A stretch of DNA of 64,000 bases from Chthonomonadaceae bacterium (GCA_035650735.1 DASRGZ010000115.1:1-64000); one strand, 5' to 3'; shown: positions 1 to 10,367, counted from the first letter of the stretch. The notes: generated by a model not told the origin, from the letters alone. Numbers and translations are program-made.

Positions 1-139
1 GCGCTTTAAGGCATCTCTTATGGCACAATAACGGGTGAGGTTGTCGCTCATTTTAGGTTCTCCAGTGTCTGTGGTAAGCACTAGAGTACCCAATGCGGCA
101 ACCTCTACGCCCTCCTTCCAAAAAGTGTACGGCAGTGAA
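1..139 (-). mobile_element. Probable left end of an IS (IS4-like DDE family), transposase starting at 51 and running off the window edge
   Basis: Minus-strand ATG at 51 reads MSDNLTRYCAIRDALKR, resembling IS4-type transposase N-termini from memory. AAAAGTGTACGGCAGTGAA (121-139) resembles a terminal IR. Only a short piece is visible. Confidence 0.45.
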
Positions 140-248
140 GCTATGATTGCCATGTTTATAAATTGGGCGATAATGGAATATCACTGCCTCGGGCCTTAAC
201 GGCCTGCACCAACGGAAAGGAGGTTCTTATGGCGCAGTTCCATTCCTG

Positions 249-701
249 GTGTCAAGATCGACAATACGGGTTTTGATCGTCACAGTCATGATTGTGTTGG
301 CAACAAGCCCGCCGGTTAAGGCGCAGATCATCACTACATGCACGGATGTGCAGGGATGCGGTCCCGGCTCACCCTGGGGATGGGACTCCGTCACCTGGCA
401 AAGCAAGCCCTCCATTGGTTGGAGGATAGTTCAGAAGATGTGGGAGCCTGGATATCATCCGGCTAATGCTCAGGACACAGGAGGGAACTATACCACTTAC
501 CAGTATGCCCAAGGTTCTGGCCCCATGAGCTCACCGGCCAGTATGTGAGCGAATGCGCTGGGGGCAATCAGTGCTTACTACCGGCCTTCCAACCCGCCCC
601 AGGATTGCTATTATACAATGTGGAACCGCAACTGGACGGGTCTTGCGCCGCCGGATAACTACAAAGAGGCGTATGGGGGATTGCAACTCTATCTTTATTA
701 G
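249..701 (+). pseudogene. Small secreted protein interrupted by an in-frame TGA at 546-548
   Basis: Signal peptide (..ATSPPVKA|Q). The frame continues after the TGA with similar Y/W/N/G-rich composition (ANALGAISAYYRPSNPPQDCYYTMWNRNW..) to TAG at 699-701; the next in-frame stop is 759-761. Confidence 0.55.
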
Positions 702-812
702 TGGTACAACTTCAGGATAGTCTCATCTACCCTCATACGTATGCGGAGTAGGCTTCAGTAGAGCTTTGATTGCCCGACCACGACCAGGTTGGTCGTAATC
801 CCTTCTAAATGT

Positions 813-847
813 TCGGTCAGACTAGCAAGAATTGCTAGTCTGACCGA
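813..847. terminator. Perfect 16-bp inverted repeat hairpin
   Basis: TCGGTCAGACTAGCAA-GAA-TTGCTAGTCTGACCGA followed by a T-rich tract. Confidence 0.65.
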
Positions 848-924
848 TTCTCATTTCTTCCTTTGCTCTCTCTAACAAAGCCGCCACCCAACAGAAAGCT
901 TCTTGCGGTTAGGAGGAAGCAATA

Positions 925-2580
925 ATGCGCTCGTATGTATTGTTTTTGCCCATTGTCGTGCTTGGTATCCATTCGGGGTTGCTACAATCCAGGATAACGA
1001 AACGCGAACTGCCGGAGCCAGCCCACCCTGCCTGGATGGAAACAGACCCAAGCCTCCAACGCAAGGTGACAATAGATTTCAAGGGGCGACCTTTACGTGT
1101 CGTCCTAGCTTCCATTCGCCAACGGGTAGGCGTGAATATTCTGGCTGCTCGGAACTTAGAGGAGTTTCGTGTATCGCTACACGTCACGGCACAGCCTCTT
1201 GGAAGGGTCATGGGAAGACTGCAAGACCTTTTTGGTCATGGAACGCTCCCCACCAAGAGTTGCTATTGGGTGCGTATTGAAGACACTGATCATTCGATCC
1301 GTTACATCCTGCGACGTACTCTCTATGGAGCGCGTGAGGAGGAGGCGCTACTGAATTACCCAATCACTACGGTTACCCGCTGGCTGCATGAGCTACGGGA
1401 TTATGGACAACTTCCTCCGGAGAAACGAAAGGACTTCAAGAGCGATTGCCCGGTGATACAGTATTATGCTTCTCAGGGCAGGGGAATGACGGACGGTAAT
1501 GATCCGGTGGGCGAGGCCATTGCGTCCCTGACTGACGCTCAGATCGAGGAACTTATCACAAATGGTCAGGTAGAGTTGCCGCAGTTTGCGCCTTCCATCG
1601 GAGCTATCAATAAGATGCGTACAACTGCTCTGGAAAGTGGAATATCCCCAAAGGCCGGAGAGAATGCGCCTCCTAGTGGAGCGATGTTAAGGTTCGATTC
1701 TACTGAGGGATGGATCGAGGGAGCGTTTACCATCATGCTATCCTTTCGCTCCGGTTTCCCCACGTATTATCCATCCGGCTACGGCCTGGATACCCTGAGC
1801 GTGATGCCCACCCAGGAGGATATGCAGGCGCTGGAGGAGGCACAACAGAAGGAGAATGGTCCAGAGGTAGACTTGCTCGCGCACGAGCAAGTCGTACCAG
1901 ATAAAGAGCCTGTTATGAGTCTGGCTGCTGCCCTGGAACTTCTAGCGCGTGAGGCAAAGCTTCGCATCTATGCAGAGGTTTTTCTCAAGAGTCGTCAGAC
2001 TCTGCCTGTTACCAGGGGCAAACCAGAGTATCTGCTCTCTCAGATATGTCGTGTCTTTCAATGCGACTGGCGAAAAATAGGGGGAGATTATCTTGTGTGG
2101 AGCAAGAGTTAGGTACAGGATCGCGCCGCCGATATTCCCGAGCCTCTGTTGGCACGATGGGAGACGGCACGCAAGAAGCAGGGCCGTTTCGAGCTATCTG
2201 ACCTAATCGAAATGGCTTCCCTGTCAGACAGGCAACTACCGACCCTGGAAACGATCCTTGGCGTGCGAGGCCCCTTTGTTCCGGTGAATCGCGACGCACT
2301 TCGATTAGTGGCCGCCCTATCACCGCAACAGCGCCAGGCAGCATTTGCTCCAGAGGGAACGATACTGCCTATTATGAATGATCGTCAGGTAGCTCTCTTA
2401 CAGAAGGTTTTTGGCCGTAAGCGGATTGAACCACCCGTTCGCGTGCGCTTAGAGCAGCAGCCCACAGGAACGGCAATTACGTTTATAGATAGTCTGGGAG
2501 AGTCACCATCGCGGTGGGCTTATCAGGGCGAGGAAGTGAGACAGCAGGAACAGCCGCCTGCTCCTAGCTTGCGGCAATGA
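925..2580 (+). pseudogene. Large exported protein with STN/secretin-N-like domains, split by an in-frame TAG at 2110-2112
   Basis: ORFs 925-2112 and 2149-2580 are in the same frame. Paralogous to 54329-56104, where the stop aligns with Trp (DYLVWSKS*VQDRAADIPEPLLARW vs IYLLRDNRWYRDDYLEVPAPLAQKW). Confidence 0.75.
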
Positions 2581-3757
2581 CCTCCGCCAGAATCGCAGTA
2601 CCCCGCCGGATAGCCTCCTCGTGGGCGGAGACGAAGTTCAGGCGCAGCGTGTTCGCGCCGCCGCCGTCCGGGTGAAAGCCCGCTCCCGGCACAAAGAGCA
2701 CGCCGCGTTCCTGCGCGGCGGGCAGAAGCGCCTGCGCGTCCAGGTGAGACGGCAGCGAAACGAACAGGAACATCCCGCCGAGGGGCCGCGTCCAGGAAGC
2801 CATGCCGGAGAGAGACTCCTCTAAGGCGGCGAGCAAGGCGTCCCGGCGAGCGCGGTAGGTGTCGCGGAGAAGGGCGATCTGAGGTTCGAGCAGGCAGCGC
2901 GCGCAGAACTGGTACACGAGCCGCTGCGCGAAGGAGCCGGTGTGCAGGTCGGTAATCTGCTTTAATTGGGCCAGGCGCGCGACCAGGGCAGGCTGCGCGT
3001 AGAGATAGCCCACGCGCAGTCCCGGCGCAATGGTCTTGCTGAAGGTTCCGGTGTAGATGGCCAGAGGATTGGGAGCGAGCGCCGTCACTGGTGGCAGCGC
3101 CTCACCTTCATAACGCAGATCGTGGTAGGCGTCGTCTTCCAGGAGGGGCGCCTGGTATTCCGCCGCCAGTTCAGCAAGGCGCTGCCGGCGTGCCAGGCTC
3201 TGGGTGATGCCGGTCGGGTTCTGGAAGTTGGGCAGAGTGAAAATCAGGCGTGGGCGATGGTCTTTGAGAAGCGCGACAGCCCTCTCTACCTCCATGCCCT
3301 CCGCATCCAGGGGAACAGGGGCATATTCTGCCTCGTAGCTATCAAACGCCTGGATCGCCGCCAGGTAAGAGGGTGTCTCCAGTAGTACCGCAGCGCCCGT
3401 ATCCAGGAAGACGCGCGCCGCCAGATCGAGCGCCTGCTGCGAGCCGTGCGTGATAAGGATATGCTCCGGCGTGGCGTCGGCGAGGCCGCGCTGCCGCATC
3501 CGCTCGGCGATCCAGGCGCGCAGAGGCGGATAGCCTTCGGCGGGGCCATACTGGAGCGCCATCCGTCCATCCTCCGCCAAGACCTCCTCCGCGATCCCGG
3601 ACAGGGCCGCCGTCGGGTAGAGTTCCGGGTCGGGCAGGCCGCTGGCAAAGGAGGTATAGTTGCCCCCGGCGGTCGTCTTCAGCAGCTCCATGATCGGCGA
3701 CGCCGATACGCGCCGCATCCTCCGCGCCAGACGTGCGCCCGTTCCTGTTTCCTCCAT
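2564..3757 (-). CDS. PLP-dependent class I/II aminotransferase (LysN/2-aminoadipate transaminase-like)
   Basis: FASGLPDP, ALQYG, GSQQALD, PNFQNPTG, EDDAY and TFSKTIAPGLRVG motifs. Confidence 0.9.
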   Translation of the reverse strand: MEETGTGARLARRMRRVSASPIMELLKTTAGGNYTSFASGLPDPELYPTAALSGIAEEVLAEDGRMALQYGPAEGYPPLRAWIAERMRQRGLADATPEHILITHGSQQALDLAARVFLDTGAAVLLETPSYLAAIQAFDSYEAEYAPVPLDAEGMEVERAVALLKDHRPRLIFTLPNFQNPTGITQSLARRQRLAELAAEYQAPLLEDDAYHDLRYEGEALPPVTALAPNPLAIYTGTFSKTIAPGLRVGYLYAQPALVARLAQLKQITDLHTGSFAQRLVYQFCARCLLEPQIALLRDTYRARRDALLAALEESLSGMASWTRPLGGMFLFVSLPSHLDAQALLPAAQERGVLFVPGAGFHPDGGGANTLRLNFVSAHEEAIRRGTAILAEVIAAS

Positions 3758-3802
3758 GCTCTCTCCTGCGCTCTTCCCTTCCGCTCGGCCCTCCTGGATT
3801 GC

Positions 3803-3888
3803 ACCTCACCCCCCGTCTCCCACTGCCAGGGTCGGGGCTACAATGGACTGCCAGGCCCGACCCTGGCAGTGGGAGACGGGGGGTGAGG
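3803..3888. repeat. REP-like palindromic repeat, family A
   Basis: CCTCACCCCCCGTCTCCCACTGCCAGGGTCGG...CCGACCCTGGCAGTGGGAGACGGGGGGTGAGG; related copies occur elsewhere in the window. Confidence 0.8.
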
Positions 3889-3907
3889 GCCTCAATAGAA
3901 GGTGAGG

Positions 3908-6421
3908 TTAATCCACAAAGCAGAACTCGTTGGTCATCAGCAGGGCCTGGATATACTTATCCCAGGCCGTTAGCCGGGGCGACCCGCCCGTATCTGCCGC
4001 CTGTCGTACGCCGCCCGCGCCCGGTGGGACGGATGCCGTCCCGGCGCTCTCCGACCGGCGCAGGAAGGCCAGCCCAAGCGCAAGCTCGTCCGCATCCGGC
4101 GCACGCTGGAAGAGGATCTGGTAGATAGTACGGATACGCGGCGCGTCCTCTTTCTGCGCCTGCACCTCCGGGCGGCGGGCCAGATGCTGTGCCTGCTCCA
4201 CGACGAACGGGCTGTTCATCATGAAGAGAGCCTGCTGCGGGATGGTCGTCTGATAACGCTGCGCGCTGGTGGTGTCGGGACTGGCAAAGTCGAAGGTGCG
4301 ATAAAGCCCTTGCAGGTTCTGGCGGTCAATGAAGCCGTAGACCGTGCGCCGAAGGGAATACGGCGGGCGCGTGATCTCCACTGACGGCCCGAACATCTTC
4401 GTGTCCAGTTGCCCGGAGACGGCCAGCAGCGAATCGCGCAGGGCCTCCAGGTCCAGTCGCTGGCGGTTCATGTGCGAGAGCAGGCGGTTTTCCGGGTCTG
4501 CCTGGGCGGCGCGGGGACTGATCCGGCTGCTCTGCTGGTAGGTGCTGGAGAGCAGGATCAGCCGGTGCAGCTTTTTGAGGGACCAACCCTCCTCCATGAA
4601 GCGCCAGGCCAGGTAGTCCAGCAGCTGCGGGTGCGTCGGCGGCTCGCCGCGCGTGCCGAAATCGCTGGGCGTGCGCACGAGCCCCTTCCCGAAGTGCCAC
4701 TGCCAGACGCGGTTGACGAAGACGCGCGCCGTGAGCGGGTTGCTCTTGCTGGCGATGGCCTGGGCCAGTTCCAGGCGTCCGCTGCCCTGCGTGAAGGGCT
4801 TGCGGTCGGGTCCGGAGAGGATTTGCAGGAACCGGCGCGGCACGGCGTCCCCCTGATTGTTCGGGTTGCCCCGGATGAAGACATGAGGCTCAACGGGCGT
4901 GGGCGCATCCTGCACCGCCATGGCCAACTCAGGCGCGGGCGGCACCGTCTTCTTCAGGGTGCCAATGGTCTCCGCCAAAGATTTGATGCGCTCCCGCGCG
5001 CCCGCTTCAAACTGCGGCTCCAGCTTCGCCAACTGCTCCGCCGAGGGCAGTTCCTCAACGCGGAACTGCTGGAGAGTCGCCTTGACCTCGGCAGGCAGCG
5101 CGTCCGGCGTCTTCTCCACCTGCTCACGCAGCCGGGCCACCTGGCTCTGGATCAGTTTCGTCCGCTCCTCCTCGGCCTCTCGCAGCCTCTTGTTGTGCGC
5201 CTCGTAAGGCTCCGTGACGGCTTTCGGCGAGATGCTGGGCGGTGGGTCCGAGACAACGGTGCTGGCAAAAACGCCGTAGAGGGAATAGTAATCTTTCGTC
5301 GGGATCGGATCGAATTTGTGGTTGTGACAGCGGGCGCAGGCCACCGTCAGGCCCAGGAAGCCGCGCGTGGTCACGTCAATGCGGTCATCGTTGATCAGCA
5401 CCGGGTCGCCGAGGAAAAAGCGCCCAATCGTCAGGAAACCGAGCGCCGCCAGGGGCCGCTTATCCTCGCCTAGCGGCAGCCGATCCGCCGCCAACTGCTG
5501 GAGAATGAATTGGTCGTAAGGCAGATCCGCATTAAACGCCCGAATAACGTAGTCGCGGTACGTGTAGGCGTTATGATAGACGGGATCGCTGGTAAAGGCG
5601 TAGCCGCGCGTGTCGGCGTAGCGGGCCACGTCCAGCCAGTGCCGGCCCCAGCGCTCGCCATACTGGGGCGAGGCCAGCAGCCGGTCCACCACCTTCGCAA
5701 AGGCGTTCGGGGACTTATCCGCCAGGAACGCCGCGACCTCCTCCGGCTTGGGCGGCAGGCCGATCAGGTCGAAGTAGGCGCGTCGGATCAGCGTGCGCCT
5801 GTCGGCGGGGGGCGCGGGCGCAAGGCCCTTCGCCTCCAGCTTCGCCAGGATGAACCGGTCAATCGGCGACTTGACCCAGGCGGCGTTTTTGACCTTCGGC
5901 AAGGCCGATTTTCGGATCGGGCGGAACGACCAGAAGCTGCGCTGCTCCGGCGTGATGACGTACTCGCCGTTTTGCGCGGCCTTGAGGGCCTCTTTGGAGA
6001 CCGCTGCGCCCGGCCAGGGCGCACCCATCTTGATCCATTCGGTCAGGACGGCGATCTCGTCCGCCTTGAGCTTGCCGGTCGGCGGCATCTTGAGCGCGCC
6101 GTCATAATGCACGGCCTGCAGGATCAGGCTCTTTTCGGGGACGCCCGCCACCAGTGCCGGGCCCCGGCTGCCGCCTTTGAGGATACGCTCCAATCCATCC
6201 AGGCGCAAACCGCCCATCTGCTGCTTGGGGCCGTGGCAGCTAAAGCAGCGCTCGGCCAGCAGGGGCCGGATCTTGGTTTCAAAGAACTCGGCCTGCTGCG
6301 GTGTGATGGCCGCCTTCCCGGCAGCTTTTTCTTCCGCCGCAAGGCCCGCCGCGCCTAAAACAGCCGCCGTTCCCAACGCCAGGAACCCGACCGCGATCTG
6401 TCTGAATACTCTGCTCATCAT
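3908..6421 (-). CDS. PSD1 / planctomycete cytochrome c domain protein (DUF1549 + DUF1553)
   Basis: Signal peptide, CFSCH and CARCH haem motifs, YGERWGRHWLDVARYAD, NPLTARVFVNRVWQWHFG, PTHPQLLDYLA. Confidence 0.92.
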   Translation of the reverse strand: MMSRVFRQIAVGFLALGTAAVLGAAGLAAEEKAAGKAAITPQQAEFFETKIRPLLAERCFSCHGPKQQMGGLRLDGLERILKGGSRGPALVAGVPEKSLILQAVHYDGALKMPPTGKLKADEIAVLTEWIKMGAPWPGAAVSKEALKAAQNGEYVITPEQRSFWSFRPIRKSALPKVKNAAWVKSPIDRFILAKLEAKGLAPAPPADRRTLIRRAYFDLIGLPPKPEEVAAFLADKSPNAFAKVVDRLLASPQYGERWGRHWLDVARYADTRGYAFTSDPVYHNAYTYRDYVIRAFNADLPYDQFILQQLAADRLPLGEDKRPLAALGFLTIGRFFLGDPVLINDDRIDVTTRGFLGLTVACARCHNHKFDPIPTKDYYSLYGVFASTVVSDPPPSISPKAVTEPYEAHNKRLREAEEERTKLIQSQVARLREQVEKTPDALPAEVKATLQQFRVEELPSAEQLAKLEPQFEAGARERIKSLAETIGTLKKTVPPAPELAMAVQDAPTPVEPHVFIRGNPNNQGDAVPRRFLQILSGPDRKPFTQGSGRLELAQAIASKSNPLTARVFVNRVWQWHFGKGLVRTPSDFGTRGEPPTHPQLLDYLAWRFMEEGWSLKKLHRLILLSSTYQQSSRISPRAAQADPENRLLSHMNRQRLDLEALRDSLLAVSGQLDTKMFGPSVEITRPPYSLRRTVYGFIDRQNLQGLYRTFDFASPDTTSAQRYQTTIPQQALFMMNSPFVVEQAQHLARRPEVQAQKEDAPRIRTIYQILFQRAPDADELALGLAFLRRSESAGTASVPPGAGGVRQAADTGGSPRLTAWDKYIQALLMTNEFCFVD

Positions 6422-6540
6422 GGCTTTCCAACCAGAAGGATTGAACCTCGGAGAGCACTGTACAATCTCCCCGAGGGGCAATCGCGATTTGCTTTAAGGA
6501 CACACGCTCCGTCTTCGTGGTTTATCTAGACTTTCCCTAA

Positions 6541-7272
6541 TTATTGCAGGTCTGCGCTTAGAATAGTAGGACACCAGTATTTCTCGATATGCTGGATCAC
6601 CAGTTCCGTACCCTCGTCGTGGCTGACGTAGGGAGGCATGCGGGGGTTATACATGGCGTCGGTCAGGTCGCGCACCAGCAGGCACCGAACGCCCCAGCGG
6701 GTCATCTGACGAATGGAAAAGGAGCGTCCCAGCACGCACATATTCGTGTGCACGCCCATAAGAATCAGGTGGTTGATCCCGCGCTGGCGCAGCAGACTGT
6801 AGACCTCGCGACCGTTATCTGAAATGAGATCGTTTTCGGCGATGCGGATGGCCGGATGCTGGCGCGTCCAGGGATAGCAGACGGCGCATTGCGGCTCGTC
6901 GTCGCAGCCGCCGTCCGAGGCGTCCACCGGCAGCGGCGGCTCGGCGATCTCCAGGGGATCGGGCGGCTCGATGCGGGGCATCTGCTCCATCCGCTGCCGT
7001 TGCGGCATCTCCCGGTAGAACTCCATGCAGTCGGAGGGCGCGTGCAGGATCTGCACGCCCCGGTCGCGGGCTATCTCGACCACCTCGGCGATCTTGTGCG
7101 CCAGGACATCGCAGCGTCGCATCGCGCTCTGGCACCAGTGCTTATCCCATACGTCGCAGAGGAGGATGGCCGTCTCCTGTGGCGGCAGTTCCTGGCGCAG
7201 GGTGACTTCCTGCCACTGCCCACTGCCTTTGAACGGTTCGACGCGGGTGCGCAAGTTTAGCTGCAAATTCAT
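6541..7272 (-). CDS. Isochorismatase/cysteine hydrolase family protein
   Basis: TAILLCDVWDKHWC and GVHTNMCV motifs; start taken at MNLQL. Confidence 0.8.
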   Translation of the reverse strand: MNLQLNLRTRVEPFKGSGQWQEVTLRQELPPQETAILLCDVWDKHWCQSAMRRCDVLAHKIAEVVEIARDRGVQILHAPSDCMEFYREMPQRQRMEQMPRIEPPDPLEIAEPPLPVDASDGGCDDEPQCAVCYPWTRQHPAIRIAENDLISDNGREVYSLLRQRGINHLILMGVHTNMCVLGRSFSIRQMTRWGVRCLLVRDLTDAMYNPRMPPYVSHDEGTELVIQHIEKYWCPTILSADLQ

Positions 7273-7371
7273 TTCCGGCTCCTTCTGCTTCCTCCGGACG
7301 GCGCCGGCAAAACGCCGCTGGCTACTTTGACACTCTACTTCGCCTTTTGTTACCGGGAATTCCTGCCAGGT

Positions 7372-7454
7372 CCCCACCCCCGTCCCACTGCCAGGGTCGG
7401 CCCAACCCTGGCAGTGGGGACAGGGGGTGAGGGCCACAGGACGGGGGGTTAGGT
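7372..7454. repeat. REP-like palindromic repeat, family A
   Basis: CCCACTGCCAGGGTCGG-CCCAACCCTGGCAGTGGG with GGGGGTGAGG/GGGGGTTAGG flanks; overlaps the DUF4139 stop codon. Confidence 0.75.
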
Positions 7455-8957
7455 CAACAGATCCACCGTGTAGGTCAGGACCGCTTTGCCGCTGGCGGGC
7501 ACAGCCACCTTCCACTGCGCCTGGTAAGCATCCAGCTTGATATGCTTATCGGACTCGCTACGGATGTTCCAGCGGCCTCCGAATGCCTGTATCACGCGCA
7601 CAGCTACCGGCGCCGCTTTCTCGTTGTGGAGAGTAAGCTCGATGAACGTGCGGTAGGTGTGCTTGTTGATCTTCTGCGTCTTGACCAGGCGCCATTCGGT
7701 GAAGACATCGAAGGCGCGGGCGAGCGTGATGTTGATCTTCTGGTCTTTGGGGGTGTCCTGAATGGCTGCCGCGCCCACGTAACGCAGCGCACCCGACTTG
7801 TCGGGCTCATAGAGGCGGATCGCGCCCTGCGGCAGCGGCTCACCCAATCCGTCTTTCTCCCGGTTGAAGAAGGTCAGGGCGACGGCTACCTCGCCGCGCT
7901 GCGGCTGCCGACTCCAGCCATAGTACTCGTCGTCCCAGGCGCTCAACTGCGGCGGGCGCGTGCTATAGTCCTTGATGACCGAGACGTTCTGGCTGGTGAG
8001 GATCAGCAGGCGGTTCATCTGCTCCTGCACCACCGTTGTCAGACTCGTGATGTTATAAGCATGGAACTCTCCGACGGCCTGCGGCGCTTCCACCGCAGGG
8101 CGACCTCCAACGCTATGCCCATCAGTAAAGGCCCTTCTCTGCTTCATCCTCTCATAATCCGGTTCGCCCGCTGTCGCTTCAGGTTTGGCGCGGGCTGAGG
8201 CGGGAAGCGCAGCGCGGTTGGGCATACCGGCGATGAGGGAAACTTTCGCGTTCGGATAGTCCACGCCGGTACGGTTGGTCACCGTCGCCCAGCACTCCAG
8301 CGCGAGCGTGTTGTTCTGCGGGGCGAGCGTGGCAACGTAGTCGGCGCTCCAGGAGAGGCCGCGCGTCAGGTAGGCAACTTCCAGGTTCGCCGCCTGCACC
8401 GAGGGACTGTCGGCCTGCACGGACAACTGGGGGATAGTGACGACGTTGCCGTTGGCGGGCGCGACGATGGTTCCGGGCGGGTGGACGAGGAATTTGCCGT
8501 CCGATTGCAGCACGACATCGCCGTTTTGCTCGACCATCAGCGTGCCTTTCTGCCGCTCCGCCTCTCTGCCGTCCTCGCCGTAGCGAACCACTTCGACCTG
8601 CTGGCCCAGATAACGCTTGAGCAGGGCATCGCCGTTCGCCACGCCCAGATCGTAAGCGTGCGCGACTAACTGCGGCAGATTTGCCCCCTGGCCCTCCCAG
8701 CGCAGCAGCACCGATTGCGGGTCCATCTCTTTGCTCACGTCCGACACCTGCAAGCGGTTACCCCCCTGCCTCAATTGCATTGGGCGCAATTCACGCACCA
8801 TGCCGAAATCTTGCGCGTAGACGGTCAACTCCACACTCTGCCGGGCGGCAGAGGGAACGTTGGCCACTTCGCCGCCCGCCTTGCCGCAGCCGACCAACCC
8901 GCCGCCCGCCAATACCGGCAGCGCCAGCAGACTCAGGCCGATCCATTGGTTTCGCAT
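7449..8957 (-). CDS. DUF4139 domain (lipo)protein
   Basis: LTVYAQDFGMVRE, YLTRGLSWSADY and GLGEPLPQGAIRLY motifs; lipobox-like LVGC. Confidence 0.85.
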   Translation of the reverse strand: MRNQWIGLSLLALPVLAGGGLVGCGKAGGEVANVPSAARQSVELTVYAQDFGMVRELRPMQLRQGGNRLQVSDVSKEMDPQSVLLRWEGQGANLPQLVAHAYDLGVANGDALLKRYLGQQVEVVRYGEDGREAERQKGTLMVEQNGDVVLQSDGKFLVHPPGTIVAPANGNVVTIPQLSVQADSPSVQAANLEVAYLTRGLSWSADYVATLAPQNNTLALECWATVTNRTGVDYPNAKVSLIAGMPNRAALPASARAKPEATAGEPDYERMKQRRAFTDGHSVGGRPAVEAPQAVGEFHAYNITSLTTVVQEQMNRLLILTSQNVSVIKDYSTRPPQLSAWDDEYYGWSRQPQRGEVAVALTFFNREKDGLGEPLPQGAIRLYEPDKSGALRYVGAAAIQDTPKDQKINITLARAFDVFTEWRLVKTQKINKHTYRTFIELTLHNEKAAPVAVRVIQAFGGRWNIRSESDKHIKLDAYQAQWKVAVPASGKAVLTYTVDLLT

Positions 8958-9396
8958 TGCTTGCTCCTCCGGGGATTCTTTTATCCTGCTTGGATGCATC
9001 GGCACGCCGGAGAGTTCACCGCCAGTCAGAGAATCCGTTTAGGGCGCGGCCTGTGGATGCCTGCGCCCGGCTCTATAGCCCTCACCCCCTACCCCTACTG
9101 CTAGGGGCGGCGCTGCGCTCGCTCGCGCCTCCGCCTAGCGATCCACGCTGCGGGAGAGGGGGAACGGGGAAGCCGGGTCCCCCCCTTCCCTAGCGAGGGA
9201 CGAGCGGCTAGGGTCGCAAGGTGTCGCGAGGCGGAGGGCCGAATTATTGCAGGCCCGACCCTGGCAGTGGAGGCCGGGGGGGTTAGGTCAAACACGCAGG
9301 AAGCCGCCGTTTACCCGGAAATTGCAGAATGGGGCGGGCAGAATGCCCGCCCCAGACCTGGCTCCAGCAACTGAAAAGGCTGAAAATAAACAAGGG

Positions 9397-9478
9397 GGTA
9401 GACACTCCCAGCCGTGTGGATCAATCTCACGCAGCCTGCTGCTGAGGAGATACGTCCACACCGTTGGGAGCGATTACC
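9397..9478. mobile_element. 82-bp MITE (family M2, IS1-like termini), copy 1
   Basis: Imperfect IRs GGTAGACACTCCCAGC / GTTGGGAGCGATTACC; 8-bp direct repeat AACAAGGG on both sides; second copy at 23429-23510. Confidence 0.85.
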
Positions 9479-9520
9479 AACAAGGGGATACCAATGCGTT
9501 ATTAGGGACTGAGCGCCGAA

Positions 9521-9838
9521 CTAACGGCTCTCGCCGCCCTTCTTGCCGATCTCGGCCATATGCGCCCTATCCTGGGCTACCTTCGACCCGCCGCGCCGAC
9601 CGATCTCGGCCATGTGGCTCCGATCCTGGGCTACCTTCGACCCGCCGCGCCGACCGATCTCGGCCATATGCGCCCGGTCCTGAGAAACTTTGCGGCCTCC
9701 TTTGCGGCCCGCCTCCGCGTGTCCCTCCGGATCGCCGTGCCAGCCGCGCCCGCGATGCTGACGCTCTTCCTGGCTGTCCATAGCTTGCGCTATTGTGCTT
9801 TCTCTCTGCTCGGATTCTCTGATCGCTTTCCGTGCCAT
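9521..9838 (-). CDS. KGG-repeat stress-induced protein (GsiB/YciG-like)
   Basis: 20-aa repeats (DRAHMAEIGRRGGSKVAQ) encoded by 60-bp tandem repeats; GAGGTG RBS. Confidence 0.85.
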   Translation of the reverse strand: MARKAIRESEQRESTIAQAMDSQEERQHRGRGWHGDPEGHAEAGRKGGRKVSQDRAHMAEIGRRGGSKVAQDRSHMAEIGRRGGSKVAQDRAHMAEIGKKGGESR

Positions 9839-10367
9839 GATCGATTTCACCTCACGATGATGTTGGCGGCAGCCCGGCGAGGGACTACCAAGAATGCCTC
9901 GACTCCCAAAAGTGGCTGCCTGAACGGAAGCTCAAGACCGGAAGCTCAAGGCGGTTGTAGGGATCGCCATCAGGAATAGCCAATGGCGATAGGAGCGGAC
10001 GGGCGACGTGTTGCCCTTTTTTTACCAGACGGTTGAAGAATACGGTTTGTTCCCTAGCCTGCTAAATTTATTGCCCTCTGATCTTTTTCCATCGTAAAAA
10101 TTTTCGCAGGATTTAGCGCCTGGTACGCATAATTAAGGACATATTGCCTGAACAGCAGGAGCACGATATCCGTCTCCCTGTAAAGAGCGCGCGGCGTCCC
10201 AATTCCTTCCCGAGAGCGCATTGGCCCAGGCGTGGAAAATTAAGTCCGTTCGATTTGCTTGTTCCACGCGCTCCCTTCCTTTTCCTGCGTCCTGGCGACT
10301 TTTTTCCAGACCCGGCAGTAAGACCTGCGTACCGCTCCTTCGGGGAGCAGTATGAGAGGAGGCACGC

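Noticed and set aside
2110..2112. Genome-wide stop-codon reassignment or amber read-through
   Set aside because: Many intact genes here end normally in TAG or TGA, internal stops occur only in accessory genes, and the ankyrin gene also carries a frameshift.
9397..9478. Hammerhead ribozyme (contains CTGAGGA)
   Set aside because: There is no GAAA core strand; terminal IRs with 8-bp TSDs explain it better as a MITE.
9545..9720. 60-bp tandem repeats as a CRISPR or non-coding array
   Set aside because: They are in-frame coding repeats of the KGG protein and have no unique spacers.
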